A stretch of 61,828 nucleotides of DNA from Nemertoderma westbladi (taxonomy: Eukaryota; Animalia; Xenacoelomorpha): contig JAUCBJ010006495.1 in NCBI GenBank assembly GCA_032718475.1, positions 1 to 61,828 of the forward strand, given 5' to 3'. Of this stretch, positions 10,556-24,178 are shown in pieces. The notes under the pieces were generated by a model, which made no database searches, was not told the origin of the DNA, and was given only the letters and a program-made list of their open reading frames with translations. The position numbers and the translations under genes are program-made. The stretch's first letter is position 1, and each line of letters begins with the position of its first letter.

Positions 10556-12739
10556 TTACAACTTACAGGTAATGTCCGAAAATTTATAATAACCTAAAAG
10601 CAATTCTTTGTAGCTCAGGAAGGAACGGGATATTTGCAAGAAAAATATATCGCTGGTTAATGCGGGGTTTAGGGATTTGTATGTCAACCTTTTGGATGTT
10701 GAGCTTTCTGTCATCCGTTTACGCGTTGCTTCGCTGGCGTCAATCAATATGTTCTTTTTCATCGCAGTTGCGATTAGATCCGATATATACTGGTGACTTT
10801 TCGAGTTGTTTTCTCGGGCTATTTCTAGACAGTGATGTATTGGATCGCACTAAGACGGTCGCTTCGATACTGATCTCAGAAAGTTTATTTGTTTTGACCT
10901 AATACAGTATATATGGAGCTGGCGGTGGTATTCCTAATTCTATATAAACTGCGTCATTGCAAGTTGAAACTCTTACCCCTAAAAGACGCTTTACCATGTT
11001 GTTATACACAACTTCTGCCTGTCCAAACTTTCCAAACCATGTTTCACATCCGTAAAAAACCGATGCGGATGCTGCTGCGTTGAAAACCATTTTCTTTATC
11101 CAAAATGGGGCTGTCGCATTATTTTTTAAAAACATTGCATACTTAATTATGTGAAGTTGTTTCGTTTTTAACTATTCTGCAATGTCATTTTTTAGACATC
11201 CGGAGTTATCATAAGCTTTTTCTAAATCCAAAAAGAAAATGTACAGTTTTGTCTTTGATTTCCTGGCCGAATCTATTAGTAACCGTAGTGAGGCAATCTG
11301 TTCTAAACAGCCGCGGCCTGGTTGACCGCCCGCCTGTTGATTATCTGGGTTAAACCATTGGCTTAATCGGTTAGTTAATATAGCGTTATATATCTTGTAT
11401 GATATCTCCAGCACTAATCCCCCTGTAATTACCGGGAATGAGGGGATTGCCGCGTTTAAAAAGGACCACAAGCCGACTGAGCGACCATGATATACAGGAT
11501 ATTGACCAGTTTTGAAAATAAAATTGAAGAAACACAGGAGCGTTAGAAGCTAACTAACGGGTAGTTGTTTGTAGGCCCTACACAATTGGAGGTATTCCGT
11601 CCGGACCACGAGCTTTATCATTCTTCAAATCTTGTACTGTACTACTGGTGTGATTGGTTCGTCGAGTACGGGAATTGTTACCCCATCACAGGTGTAGTCG
11701 TTACACGAAGTATGGTTCAAAGAGTCGTTGTACAATAGGGATTCAAAGTGAGTTTTCATTACTTCGTCAGAAGGTTTTTCGCAATCATCGGAGCAAGGTA
11801 AACTTTCAATCTTCAATCGATTCAATCCTTTCCAACCGATTGCGTTCCAAATGGACTTGGAGTCGCCAAGCTTAGAAACTCTAGACCATAATTCTTCCCC
11901 GATCTTACCATTTCACGCGCTAGGCACTATTCGATTCGACGATACTGCAGCTGTGTACAGCTTATTTGTGATTTCTTGGGAAAGTGTCTCAGGGTCGGCA
12001 TTATTATCAACTTGTAGTTGATAAGTTGTTCGCAATGTACAGTAATATTCATTTAATCTTTGTACATCTACATGTTTTGATTTCACTTGCTTGCGAAATT
12101 TAGGTTTCTGTTTATAATCCAATTATGTGATTCCCAGACTTACGGCATCTTTCATTAATTTTTCCATTGGTTCAACTCAAGGTAGATTTATTGACAACTC
12201 AATGGGCGCATGGTTCGACGGGATATCATTACGTTGAATAGTATTGAAATAAGTTATGTAAGGGATCGCTTGGTTTGAAGCTACTGCGTAATCGAGCTCG
12301 CTGACCCATGCGTCCCCTCTCCTGAAGGACAGGGATCCACCAAATTGTTTATCCCCGACAGTTAGTAGATGGTTTATTATCGACATTTTACAGTCCGATG
12401 CAAGTTGGGTAAGTTTATGGCCGTTGCTGTTGTATTTAGTTTAACATCTGGTCCTCTGCCTGTTCTAGCATTTAGATCCCCCAATAAAATTATTTCCTTG
12501 TCAGAGTCCAATGCTCGCCATTGTATCTCACAAAAACACGAATCATCGTAGTATTTTGAGTCACTCGGTGGTATGTGGCATCCCCCAATCATTATATTTG
12601 GAGAAAACGACATCTTCAACCAAATCTGATCGGTCGTTTCTTCACATTTACGGACATATCTGGCTAAAGTTGGCTTTATCAACAACAACACTCTACCCCG
12701 GTACAAATCCAATGCAATGCAAAAATACAATGAGACCAA
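10556..12739 (-). mobile_element. Decayed non-LTR retrotransposon (APE endonuclease + RT fragments)
   Basis: Collinear broken minus-strand ORFs. Endonuclease motifs IILLGDLNARTG (12377-12739) and ELDY...SNHAPI (12177-12386). RT motifs QQAGGQPGRGCLEQI and FFLDLEKAYD (11172-11471). Thumb-like VFYGCETW (10899-11135). Central RT (YADD region) appears deleted. Clade uncertain; ends approximate. Confidence 0.85.
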
Positions 12740-13319
12740 TACAAATCTTTATACAACTGTACGAATTTTTAGTAAAATATTTTAAAATCTTTTATAATCC
12801 GCGAAATACTTTAATGTACCGGTATGTCCTTTTATTTAAGTCATTTTATTACATCTTTATACTGTAGGAATTTTAAGTTAAATATTTTATAATCCGCGTG
12901 TTCTTTTAATGTATGTTCTTTCATTTAATTTTAAACTTCTGTATTTTCAGGGGACCCCCCATGGAAACGAGACATTGTCTCTTGGGGCTATCGCCCGACA
13001 TCAGTATTTCACTTATATTTTAGTATATGACAAGCCTCCATCTACATTATATAATCATTTATGTACCAGGAACTTACTCAATTATATGAAAGTATCAATT
13101 TGTTTATATTGTGTAGTAAATAGTTCATTAAATAAATAAATATAACTCGAACTACCGGTAGTAATCTCATGTGCAAGTCCGTCTTAAATTATGTGTAAAT
13201 TTGTTTCTTCTGGATCGGTGTTTGTCTATATTCCATACCACATTTACTTTCACTTTCGTATTGTTTTCATATTTTGATGTCAATAAAAATAATTCCAATT
13301 CCATTCCGACCTGTTGACC

Positions 13320-14200
13320 GTCAATTCTGTATACTGGTACACGGTATATAGCCTATAGGCCTAGGCCTATTTCAGTACCGGTATTATTTTGCTATTTCAG
13401 TATTTCAGTCTGTAGCAGTCCAGCAGTCACTAGTTTCATTTTTTATGTTAACTTACTGTTAATGCAGTGCCACCAATACAGCAACACCGGTACTTTCAGT
13501 GTTTCAGATTGTCAGACTGTGTAAAAGTAAAAAAAAAAACCAATAGGCCTACACCAATACCACAGCAATACCAGAATACCGGTAGGCCTACTTTCAGCGT
13601 TTCAGACTGTGTACGTCAGTACGTACAGAGTGTGTCTGTCTGTATTTAGGTCCAGGCAGCCAGGGTCCATGGCCTACGTCAGAACGTAGGCCCTAAATCT
13701 GTAAATGTTCTGCTTTAAATACACCTGTCTGCCTGTCAGGAGTGTCAGCCTGTACACTTTCCGGTAGGCCTTCAGGAGATAGTGCAGCAGTCAAAAAATA
13801 ATATCATGATCATCACTCAACCTTATTAGTAACCGGTACCGTCCGTTTCGTCGGTCCGTCCCACGTTCATCGTTCACCCGTCGCGTTAAAGTCTGACAGT
13901 GTCTGAGTGTGGTAGGCCGGTAGGCAGCACTGAGACTCAACTCAAACGGCAGAACGGACAGCCGGATAAAGAAGTAAAGTGATATCAGAATCAGACAAGC
14001 TGCCAGAGCCAGGTCAGGTTAGTCGTAGTCTGTCATCTGTCAGTCTGTTTAGTCTTCCTGTCTTCCGCTCTAATCAGCTAATGTCGAATGTCCAATGCTG
14101 CAATGCCTGAATGCTGCAATGTCAGAATGCTGGACCTGGAATATTAACTTGTAAATATTTTAGTAAGCTGGTACCGGTACTGTGGTAAGGGCAACCCTAA
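13320..14200 (+). promoter_or_regulatory. Putative promoter / non-coding first exon region of the 4E-T gene
   Basis: CpG-richer stretch dense in TAGGCCTA/TACCGGTA palindromes, with a donor-like CAG|GTTAGT at 14017/14018. The ATG exon starts after an acceptor (CTCTCCTTCTTTCAG, ending 15151), which implies an upstream UTR exon. Confidence 0.3.
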
Positions 14201-14618
14201 TCTGCTAATAGTTTATCGCCGCATTGTACGGTCAGACGGCACCATACTGCCATATCCGCTAACTTTGCAGAGCAAAGCGAACTTTGAGAAACGAACTTAG
14301 ATCCCACATGCACTGTGCATTGGCCGCGTTCTATCGATACTATAGTATATTGTACCGGTACTGTGTTACATTAAGCATATAAAAGTACTTATAATATTCT
14401 AATGCAAATAAGTCATACGCTCAAAGTAGTTGCGATCAGTGACTCACCAACAAACTATAAATTGCCAATTAGCTAATTCGTTGCAACGTATTTTGGTGGT
14501 AGAATCTAAGTTCGCTTCCCTTCAAGCGTCAGTAAGGTCCTGCGCTGGCCTATGACTGTATGGGAATGACATTTTACATTAACACAACCACGGTATCGGT
14601 ACAGCAATATGTACGGTG

Positions 14619-14812
14619 GGATATAAGTTCGTATGGGAAGGATCTAAGTTCGTATGTTGAGGATCTAAGTTCGTATGTTGAGGATCTAAGTTCGTATAGG
14701 AAGGATCTAAGTTCGTATGGGAAGGATCTAAGTTCGAATGGTAAGGATCTATGTTCGTTCAGGTTCACCCAAGAACTAAGTTCGTTCAGGATCTAATATG
14801 CTCTAGGATCTA
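14619..14812. repeat. 21-bp minisatellite AGGATCTAAGTTCGTATGNNN
   Basis: About 7-9 copies; an inverted copy (ACGAACTTAGATCC) at about 14290-14303 suggests it is part of a small DNA element. Confidence 0.85.
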
Positions 14813-15190
14813 AAGCCGGGGAACCCCCTACTGTCACATAAGCATGTTTAATTCCAATGAAATTATGAATACCGGTACTGTATAATAAAAGTAGCGAAGT
14901 ATGTAACGACCGCCAAGTTTTCAGTTTTAGGAAGCCAGTCTACCAGTGTATATACTGTAATTGAAAGGTAAATATCAGCCATTTTTAGAAATAAAAGTTA
15001 CCCTTATTTCTGTATTTCCCCTGCATCCGTGTATTAGTATTTGCAACTGTTATTCCTGATACGTTAATTGGGCCTATAAATCAGTTTCTGAATGTTTTAA
15101 AAGGGTATTTTTGCGAAATATATATGTTATTTGCATCTCTCCTTCTTTCAGTCATTGTAGTCGACTGCATTCCGGTTGCTATCCGTTGCT

Positions 15191-15533
15191 ATGGTTCTCC
15201 CAAGCGCGTCTTCCGCCGACAGTGACGACCGACAGCTGAAGAGACCGACGGGGGTACAGAGGTCCTTGTCAGACCCGAACGAGTGCAGCGAGCGAGGCGA
15301 GGAGACTGTCCCCAACGAGTCAACCCGCTCGGGGCGACTATCCTACACCCGGCAGCAGTTGCTCGATCTGTTGGAGTCCCCGCTGGCGCAGAGACCGCCG
15401 CCATGTCTAGCCGACGACGGACTAGGGAAGGACGGACTCTGGAACCCGGACAAGATGTTCCCATCGCAACCGAAGACCAGCGGGAGTCGAGGCTCATCTC
15501 CTCTTATATTCCTCGGGCCACGATCTGACCCCT
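15191..15533 (+). CDS. EIF4ENIF1: 4E-T (eIF4E transporter) coding exon 1
   Basis: ATG at 15191. Canonical eIF4E-binding motif YTRQQLL (YxxxxLphi) followed by ESPLAQRPPPCL...DGLWNPDK, like 4E-T YTKEELL...RPSCL...DGVWDPEK. Donor T|GTAAGT, phase 1. Confidence 0.9.
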
Positions 15534-15801
15534 GTAAGTTAAATGATTAAATAATAGATTTAATTTTTTAACATTTTAGATTTAACTAGCAAACCAGTCT
15601 ACAGTAGTATCTATTATACTATAGGTACTACTGTGGATGCTCTCAAATTTAGTTTATTAAAATTTTTGATTTATCAAATAAAAGTATTAAATATAACCCC
15701 CGCCCCATCCCAACGCCTTGATAGTGTACTATAAATGTAGTACACAATACAATATAATAAAAAATAGTACAGTATAATTCTATCAATATAAAGGACGGTG
15801 T

Positions 15802-15837
<36 letters not shown>

Positions 15838-18800
15838 CTTGTTGTTTTATGTGCCTTGGAGTTTTATAGGCGATATACTGGTAACATTCGTAACGTCCCC
15901 AGCAGATGAAATGCCAGATATACCAGTTGCTCTATTGTATGTAGTACCTACTAATTTACTATCAGTATTGCCTTAGTTCCTTATTTTAGTTCTAATGTAA
16001 TCCGGCCTAGTCTATGTCATTGCAATGGTGTCGGGAACTGGAAAGCAAAAGGGATGGATGTATTGAAGGAAATAATTTACTTTGTTTACATTTACATCAA
16101 TTATGGAGAATATCATCATTATTATTATTACCCAAATATGTATAATATATTTTCCAAATATGCTTCATTTCCTTTTCGTTTCGTTTTGCCATCCATGCCT
16201 ACAACTACTACACAACAACTTCAACACTACTATACTAAAATCAGTATACAATAATTTGTCTGACTGTCTGTTTGTCACACGAAAGGCTCCGAAACTATCC
16301 GGTCAATTGTGTTGTTTTTAGTACCCTCCTGTAGTGTATGGTCTGAATGGGTGTATAAAGCAATTTTCTGAAAAATACAGTCATTAGTTTTTGCATAAAA
16401 AGAAATAAACGAAAAGTGCCATAGACGTAATGGTAAAATAAGACTAATAACAGCTGGTGTTCATGATGAAAAATGGCTTATGTAATGGATTTCTACACAG
16501 GCTTAGTATAAATCGATGAGGTTGCCAAGATTATTGTACTTAGTACACCCATGGGTGTACTAAGTACAATAATCTTGGCAACGATAATCGACGCAATAAT
16601 CTTGTGATGGTAGAGGGAGAGCATGACGCGCTGCTCAAAGGGAGTTATATGGCAAAAACTAATGTCATATCTGTAACGTTTTTGTCTACCACTGTAACGC
16701 ATTACAGTGATGACATTTATGGGACAAACGTCTGTAACGGCCATCTGTAACGGTAATTATGTTATATGGATTTTGTAGTATTTATAACTTATTGCTTCGA
16801 CAATAATGTAATTTATTGGACAAACATCTGTAACAAACATAGATATCTGCCCATAACCATCTCATCCATTAAATTATATGTACTTAATACACATGATTTC
16901 CACTAAATAGAAAAAGTTTTTCACTAACATTTTTGTGTGTAACCGATAATATTGTTTTACACGATTTTTTTATCCCGTTTCGCCGCTTCTGTTATGATCT
17001 ATTATGATCACAATCTGTTATGTTTATGAAATCCCAGGTTGAGTAGCACAACTACCACTTATTGAGTGTAATAGTGTCGTATAAAAAAAATAGTAGTAGT
17101 ATAATATACAAGCTTGCCAGCGAGAACTGGCAATAATGGATGGATCCTTTGCTATCAGTATTGTTGTAATAAATTACGCGCCTAAGCAGGGTGTCTAATC
17201 ATGAAAAACTAAAAACCTCAAAACATTGGGCAAAGGACAGTCTGTACAATAAATTGTTTGTTAAAAAAAACACTGTTTGTAGGAAATGTATCTTCTACAA
17301 TTCTAAACGAAATAAAGCGAAATTTTGTAGAAAGCACATTTTATTAATACATAAAATGAATAGGATAGAGATTGCATATACTTGCAATTAATTCCTAGAT
17401 TAAGATTACTTAGCACGGACCCAGAAGCTCTGGATTTATACAATTTCATATGTGAAGTGAATCTGCGCTTTACTCCCCAGACTACACAATCACATAGAGA
17501 TAAACATGAATTCGTGTTTTACTCCCCTTACGGGATCCAGTAACACTGGACAATGAAAATTAGCTTGAATTCGCATTTTGCACTCATTTCCGGATTACAT
17601 GAAAATCCGGATCCGCGTTTTAACCTCAAAATTCGAGAACCGATCCGGATCCTGCATCCGGTTCCGGGTTTTACACTTACCCATCTTGCACTACTACATT
17701 ACCATGAGCAGTTAGGATGTCAGTAGGAAGACGAAGAACGTCAATCGCATAGGCATTCAAATATTGTCAGTGAAGCCTTATTGTATTTCAGGATGACACT
17801 CCGTTACAGATAGGACTGTCATATAGATATGACTGAAAACCTACAGTCTGTAACGCATCGATAACTGGTTATATAATGCGTTACAGATGATACATGCCTT
17901 ATCTGTAACGCACTGCACTGTAACGGTGACGCGTTACAGATGGTTGACAAAAACGCTTACCACCGCCATACATCATAGGTGTTTATTTATCACATTAACT
18001 CTTGGGGTTGATGCGGCATAAATTAAAATTGCCTTTCCAAACGTACCATTATACTTGTATGAGATTAATATTATCAAAATATATGGCCACATTTGTAGCG
18101 TTACAGATATGGACGTTTATGCTTTCTATATTGACTTTGTTAAACATAAATGCTTCCCAAAAGAGATTACCTTACCCTTTGTATGTGATATTTGGCCTTT
18201 ATATGCTAGAAACCCTGTAGATTCTAAATATATCAAAACTGTAAACCTACAGTTACTACTTCAGATTCTAGACGTAAATGTTACAGATGTGACACAAAAA
18301 TTGAAAAATACATTTTATGTAACGATCTCAAATGGTTCAACATGAATATTATGGCCTGAAATATATCAGAAAAGAAAGCAAAACATCTAAGCTCCCCAAC
18401 AATATATAGGTTTTCTATATATTTGCCACTTGGAGTGATAAAATTTACAGTTGTTTATGGTCTTGTCATGTAAGGGACAACTGATTTTCACGATATTTCA
18501 GTCTTTGATGGGGCATATCTTTTGACTGCCTTAACAGATTTTGATAATTTTTAGTGCGTAAGCTGCGCAAATAAATTAGCTACAAAATAATATATAACTT
18601 TATTAAATACGAATAAATTAAAGCATTTAAAATTATATCGTAACTTCCGGACAAACCATTGGCCACTTTTAAGCTTATTGACCCCCATACTGTTTGCTTA
18701 GGCCCTATTGCCTAAGCGCCACCCCTTACAAATCTTCATAGGGTAGCCTAGCATTAGTGTGTGTTAAATATTTTATACAGCTGATCAGCTTACATACAGC

Positions 18801-19464
18801 TTATCAGTAAAGGTATGGGCGAATGTGAATTATTACTAATTCCTGGTGAATCAATTGTAGTAATAATGTAGGATTTGAACTGTAGTACTGTTATAGGATA
18901 ATAATAATGAATGGAGAGGGACCCAAGTAGAGGAACAAACAAACATACATACATGCATACATAAACAATTTGAGCTTTAGATATAGATAATAGGATTTAC
19001 ACAGTCACTTATTTACCACAGTGAAACTGTCTAGACAGTCTAGACATATTTTTGTAGCCGATTACTCCCCATAGGCCTATAATACTTACTACTAAGTTAA
19101 TAACTAAGTCATGGCATCCAAATGAGGTCAATGAGGAATTTATGAACATCTCCATCGCGATTTTGTCTATCTGGATAGCCGGACGGACGGACAGCCCCGT
19201 TTTGGCGAAAAGTTCCCGGTAGACACGTTACCGAGTTCTTCTGACCCATCGGTGAGTACGTGGATTCGGACCCGACCGACAGCCGTTACGAACCTATCTA
19301 TCCTTGTATCAGACAGATCGGTGGCTGATACATTCCATATAAAATATAGATATCTTCATATAAAATTGGCGTTGTTTACACTAAAACCCAGGTAACATAA
19401 GGGCTGAATCTACCCCCAAACAATAAGCAACTGTATCTGTACTGTACAGCTTTATAGGATAGAA

Positions 19465-21571
19465 CTACTACTACTAGGATCGGCATGCTGCATTGCAGCT
19501 GCATTTTTAAGAATGCTGTGTCGGCTTGCCGACAAAATTGCGCCGCCACAACTCCCTATCACCCATGACATTTGCAAGATCATCCGCATCTTCAAGGCCA
19601 GTGTCCTTTAAGATGCGTCTCAAGAAAGTCATGGGCTGTCCACCATGCTTATTCACTCCATGAGGCTGCCAAAGTACAAGATTATGCACTGGCTGGTCCT
19701 CACGGCGAAAACAATGTCCTGCAAAACGGAGGCGATTTTGTTCTAGTGTCAAGCTTCGGGGAACCAATGAGACACCTCCAATGTTATATAGTGTCTGGTT
19801 GGAGATGTGTGAATTGTACTTGACACAATGAACCCGGCGTAGCATTCTTGTGAATGTGCCATCCAGAGATTTGGTGTCCTCAGCAGTTAGAGCCCGTCAT
19901 GGACTCCCATAGAGGAGTACTGGAACTACTGCTGCTCTAAGTAATCGGACCTTAAGTTTCCGATTAATTCTCGGTGACTTCCAAATCCTGGAATGCCTAT
20001 TCAAGGCTGCCCATGCCTTTCCCTTACGTATTCGAAGGTCCTCACCTGGCTTCCGGATCCATCCTTTGAGCTTATGCTCATCCGGTCCGAGACTTGTTGA
20101 GGACTTTCAAAGTTAACTGTCAAAAATTTGGTCTTTCTGGAGTTAATAAAAAGACCAACACTAGAAGCAGCATGTTCTAATCAGCTGAGGAGCCGTTGGG
20201 CTCCCTCTAGTGATTCTGAGAGTACTCCTAAGTCATCAGCAAAGTCTAGATCAGTTAGGTACTTGGCAGGATTTCCTCGACTTATGGAGCCAGTAGGTGG
20301 AGTTATCATCACCCCATCATCATTATGATGATCTAAGGACATGCGTAGAACATAGTCAACCACAATTATGAACAAGAATGGTGCAAGTGTGTCTCCTGGA
20401 GGACGCCCCATAACACTTCAAATGGTTCTGTGTCACCGTCAACAGTAGACACAAATGTTGTCGAACCAACGTATACTGATCTGATTGCTGCAATAATTTC
20501 ATCAGGAATCCCATATAATGAAAGTTTGCTGAACATACGTGAGCGAGAGACTGAATCAAAGGCCTTGAAGAAGTTAAAAAAGATAACAGCCAGATGCCTG
20601 TCTTTCTTTTTTGATAACTCTTCAATTATCCTTCTAAGTGCCAAAATGGGCTCTATGGTCCCACGACCTTTACGGAACCCATTCTGATTTCCACGGAGCA
20701 GTCTCTCAATGGGATCCCTGATGCGATTTAATAGAATTCTATTGTATAGCTTTGCATCAATCGAGATCAATGAAATTCCCGAAAAGAACCATAGAGTGTT
20801 AGGTTGCCTTTCTTGGGAACTGGCACCAACTTATTTGTTTTCATTTCTTGTGGGGCTCTTGTTGTTCGGTACATATCTACTATGATGGGATAGATGAGCT
20901 TTAAACACTCAGGTATTTTAAAGGGTCGAAGTGTAAATGCATTACAGTCTTGTATAGAGCTCCTGTATTTCCTACGAAACAGAATATGGTCTATCTGGGA
21001 CTTGTGACCACTGAGTCCACTATGAGTTCATAGCTTTCCAGTTCGCTTCTTGAACTGGGTTCCAGCCGAAAACAATCCATTTCCAGAGATAAAAACTGAA
21101 GATTGACGGAATTTCGGTTAACACTATTGCTATAGACCCAGGGCGATGTAGGTGATTGATGCAGACTTGCATTAAAGTCTCCCAGGATTGTTAAGAATGC
21201 ATGCTGATCCACTCCATCAGTAGCTGCTTGTAGATTGTGGTAGAAATTTTCCACCTCCTCTACAGGGGCAACACTAGTTGGAGAGTAGCACACAATCAGA
21301 ACCACCTTAGGAAACTTCTTAGCCAGTCTTCCAGAACATGAGAAGTGGCAATAACAGATGATGCGGTTAGAGATTTGGTCTATTTTGTCCAATGTTGCAT
21401 GTGCAGTTGGATTCATCAATAGACCAATTCCACCATTGCAACTATCATCTGCTGCTGCGAGGGCGAATCGCCAACCGCCCCCCATATCCTTAATCAGAAC
21501 CTCATCAGTCTGTCCAGTCTGCATTCGGTGCTCTTGAACACCCACTGCGGTAAGAGAAAGCTAATATTATA
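19465..21571 (-). mobile_element. Decayed RTE-clade LINE with 13-bp target-site duplication
   Basis: Endonuclease (GVQEHR, CYSPT, LGDFNA), RT (QNGFRKGRGT, FKAFDSV, GVLQ/GDTLAPFLF, DLDFADD) and RTE C-terminal RLRFAGHCFR...LVLWQPHG, with frameshifts and an internal deletion. (TAG)n tail at about 19465-19477. TSD TTATAGGATAGAA at 19452-19464 and 21572-21584. Confidence 0.9.
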
Positions 21572-21731
21572 TTATAGGATAGAAAGAAGCGCTATGGAAC
21601 ACTTTACACGGAGAAATTAAATAATATATCTTATATATATATATATATATTTATGATTATAAATAATAATATATTATAAGTTTATCATATATTTCAATAT
21701 TTCTTCAACCCATTAATTTATTTGATTCCAG

Positions 21732-21996
21732 CAGCGGGAAGCCATCCGGAGCGGATCCGAAAGTTCTCAGAGCGTTGTCTGGAAGAGGCGAGCGAGGGAT
21801 TTGTACTGAGTCCTCAACGTAAAACCTTCTCGTCCGGATGCCACATCGACCGAACCAAGGACGGAGTTCCCGGAATCCGAATGTTCGGAGGGAAAGACGA
21901 ACCCCCGGCCTCTACCAAACGACCCCAAATAACTCGCCCGAATTCCTATTCCAAAGAGTCGGGTGCACACAGGAAAGCGGACTACGACAGAGACAG
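21732..21996 (+). CDS. EIF4ENIF1: 4E-T coding exon 2
   Basis: Acceptor TTGATTCCAG (NAGNAG), phase 1 in. Encodes PERIRK...FVLSPQRKTFSSGCHI, matching the conserved 4E-T motif LSPQRRSFGGGCHV. Donor CAG|GTAACT, phase 2. Confidence 0.9.
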
Positions 21997-23800
21997 GTAA
22001 CTTAGTAGGTCCCAGTAGAGACATGTAACTTAGTAGGTCCCAGTAGAGACAGGTAACTTAGTAGGTCCCAGACTGCAGTAGAGACAGGTAACTTAGTAGG
22101 TCCCAGATTGCTGTAGAGACAGGTAACTTAGTAGGTCCCAGACTGCTGTAGAGACAGGTAACTTCGTAGGTCCCAGTAGAGACAGGTAACTTCGTAGGTC
22201 CCAGTAGAGACAGGTAACTTAGTAGGTCCCAGACTGCTGTAGAGACAGGTAACTTCGTAGGTCCCAGTAGAGACAGGTAACTTAGTAGGTCCCAGACTGC
22301 TGTAGATACATGTAACTTAGTAGGTCCCAGACTGCAGTAGAGACAGGTAACTTAGTAGGTCCCAGTAGAGACAGGTAACTTAGTAGGTCCCAGTAGAGAC
22401 AGGTAACTTAGTAGGTCCCAGACTGCTGTAGAGACATGTAACTTAGTAGGTCCCAGACTGCAGTAGAGACAGGTAACTTAATAGGTCCCAGACTGCAGTA
22501 GAGACAGGTAACTTAGTAGGTCCCAGACTGCAGTAGAGACAGGTAACTTAGTAGGTCCCAGTAGAGACAGGTAACTTAGTAGGTCCCAGACTGCAGTAGA
22601 GACAGGTAACTTAGTAGGTCCCAGTAGAGACAGGTAACTTAGTAGGTCCCAGACTGCAGTAGAGACAGGTAACTTAGTAGGTCCCAGTAGAGACAGGTAA
22701 CTTAGTAGGTCCCAGTAGAGACAGGTAACTTAGTAGGTCCCAGACTGCTGTAGAGACAGGTAACTTCGTAGGTCCCAGTAGAGACAGGTAACTTAGTAGG
22801 TCCCAGACTGCTGTAGATACATGTAACTTAGTAGGTCCCAGACTGCAGTAGAGACAGGTAACTTAGTAGGTCCCAGTAGAGACAGGTAACTTAGTAGGTC
22901 CCAGTAGAGACAGGTAACTTAGTAGGTCCCAGACTGCTGTAGAGACATGTAACTTAGTAGGTCCCAGACTGCAGTAGAGACAGGTAACTTAATAGGTCCC
23001 AGACTGCAGTAGAGACAGGTAACTTAGTAGGTCCCAGACTGCAGTAGAGACAGGTAACTTAGTAGGTCCCAGTAGAGACAGGTAACTTAGTAGGTCCCAG
23101 ACTGCAGTAGAGACAGGTAACTTAGTAGGTCCCAGTAGAGACAGGTAACTTAGTAGGTCCCAGACTGCAGTAGAGACAGGTAACTTAGTAGGTCCCAGTA
23201 GAGACAGGTAACTTAGTAGGTCCCAGTAGAGACAGGTAACTTAGTAGGTCCCAGACTGCTGTAGATACATGTAACTTAGTAGGTCCCAGACTGCAGTAGA
23301 GACAGGTAACTTAATAGGTCCCAGTGGAGACAGGTAACTTATTAGGTCCCAGTAGAGACAGGTAACTTAGTAGGTCCCAGTAGAGACAGGTAACTTAGTA
23401 GGTCCCAGACTGCAGTAGAGACAGGTAACTTAATAGGTCCCAGTGGAGACAGGTAACTTATTAGGTCCCAGTAGAGACAGGTAACTTAGTAGGTCCCAGA
23501 CTGCTGTAAAGACATGTAACTTAGTAGGTCCCAGACTGCAGCAGAGACAGTAACTTAATAGGTTCCAGACTGCAGTAGAGACAGACCAACTTAGTAGGTC
23601 CCAGTAGAGACAGGTAACTTAGTAGGTCCCAGTAGAGACAGGTAACTTAGTAGGTCCCAGACTGCTGTAGATACATGTAACTTAGTAGGTCCCAGACTGC
23701 AGTAGAGACAGGTAACTTAGTAGGTCCCAGTAGAGACAGGTAACTTAGTAGGTCCCAGACTGCAGTAGAGACAGGTAACTTAATAGGTCCCAGTGGAGAC
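21989..23800 (+). repeat. Splice-donor-containing minisatellite A (28/35-bp units)
   Basis: Units GTAACTTAGTAGGTCCCAGTAGAGACAG and GTAACTTAGTAGGTCCCAGACTGC(A/T)GTAGAGACAG; roughly 55-60 copies (estimated from length). The first AGAGACAG is the end of exon 2. Confidence 0.95.
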
Positions 23801-24147
23801 ACGTTCGTGGGGCCTTCGCGCAGCACGAGGTACAGTTATGAGATACAAATTAAAATTAAGCGACTGTATCACAAAATCAGGTTTTGAGAAATTTACCCAC
23901 ACCACCAATCAATCAAAGAAAGGGGGACAGTACGTGTTCACCCCTTTTAATCCCCCCCCCCCCCCCCCCACCCTTCTCAACCACCAATACATAACCGTGA
24001 CATCTACCACCCACGGAAGGGTAGAACGAACTTATTTCCAATCGCACGTTAAATATGCAAAGCCAGGTGGTGTATATGAATATAATCAACGCCGTACTCG
24101 TCTTAATTATTATAAGCGTCGTTCAATCGTTGCGCTCGTCCAGAGTA

Positions 24148-24178
<31 letters not shown>

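Noticed and set aside
15806-15836. Long poly-C/poly-G tracts (also near 9231, 23952, 24151, 50959)
   Set aside because: Homopolymers of unreliable length; no function can be inferred from sequence alone.
16220-19340. Further transposon remnants (TCTGTAACG inverted subrepeats, Helitron-like ends)
   Set aside because: Probably repeat debris, but the boundaries and TSDs could not be defined by eye.
21997-23800. CRISPR array (28-35 bp repeats)
   Set aside because: Units are contiguous with no unique spacers, there are no cas genes, and the context is a eukaryotic intron.
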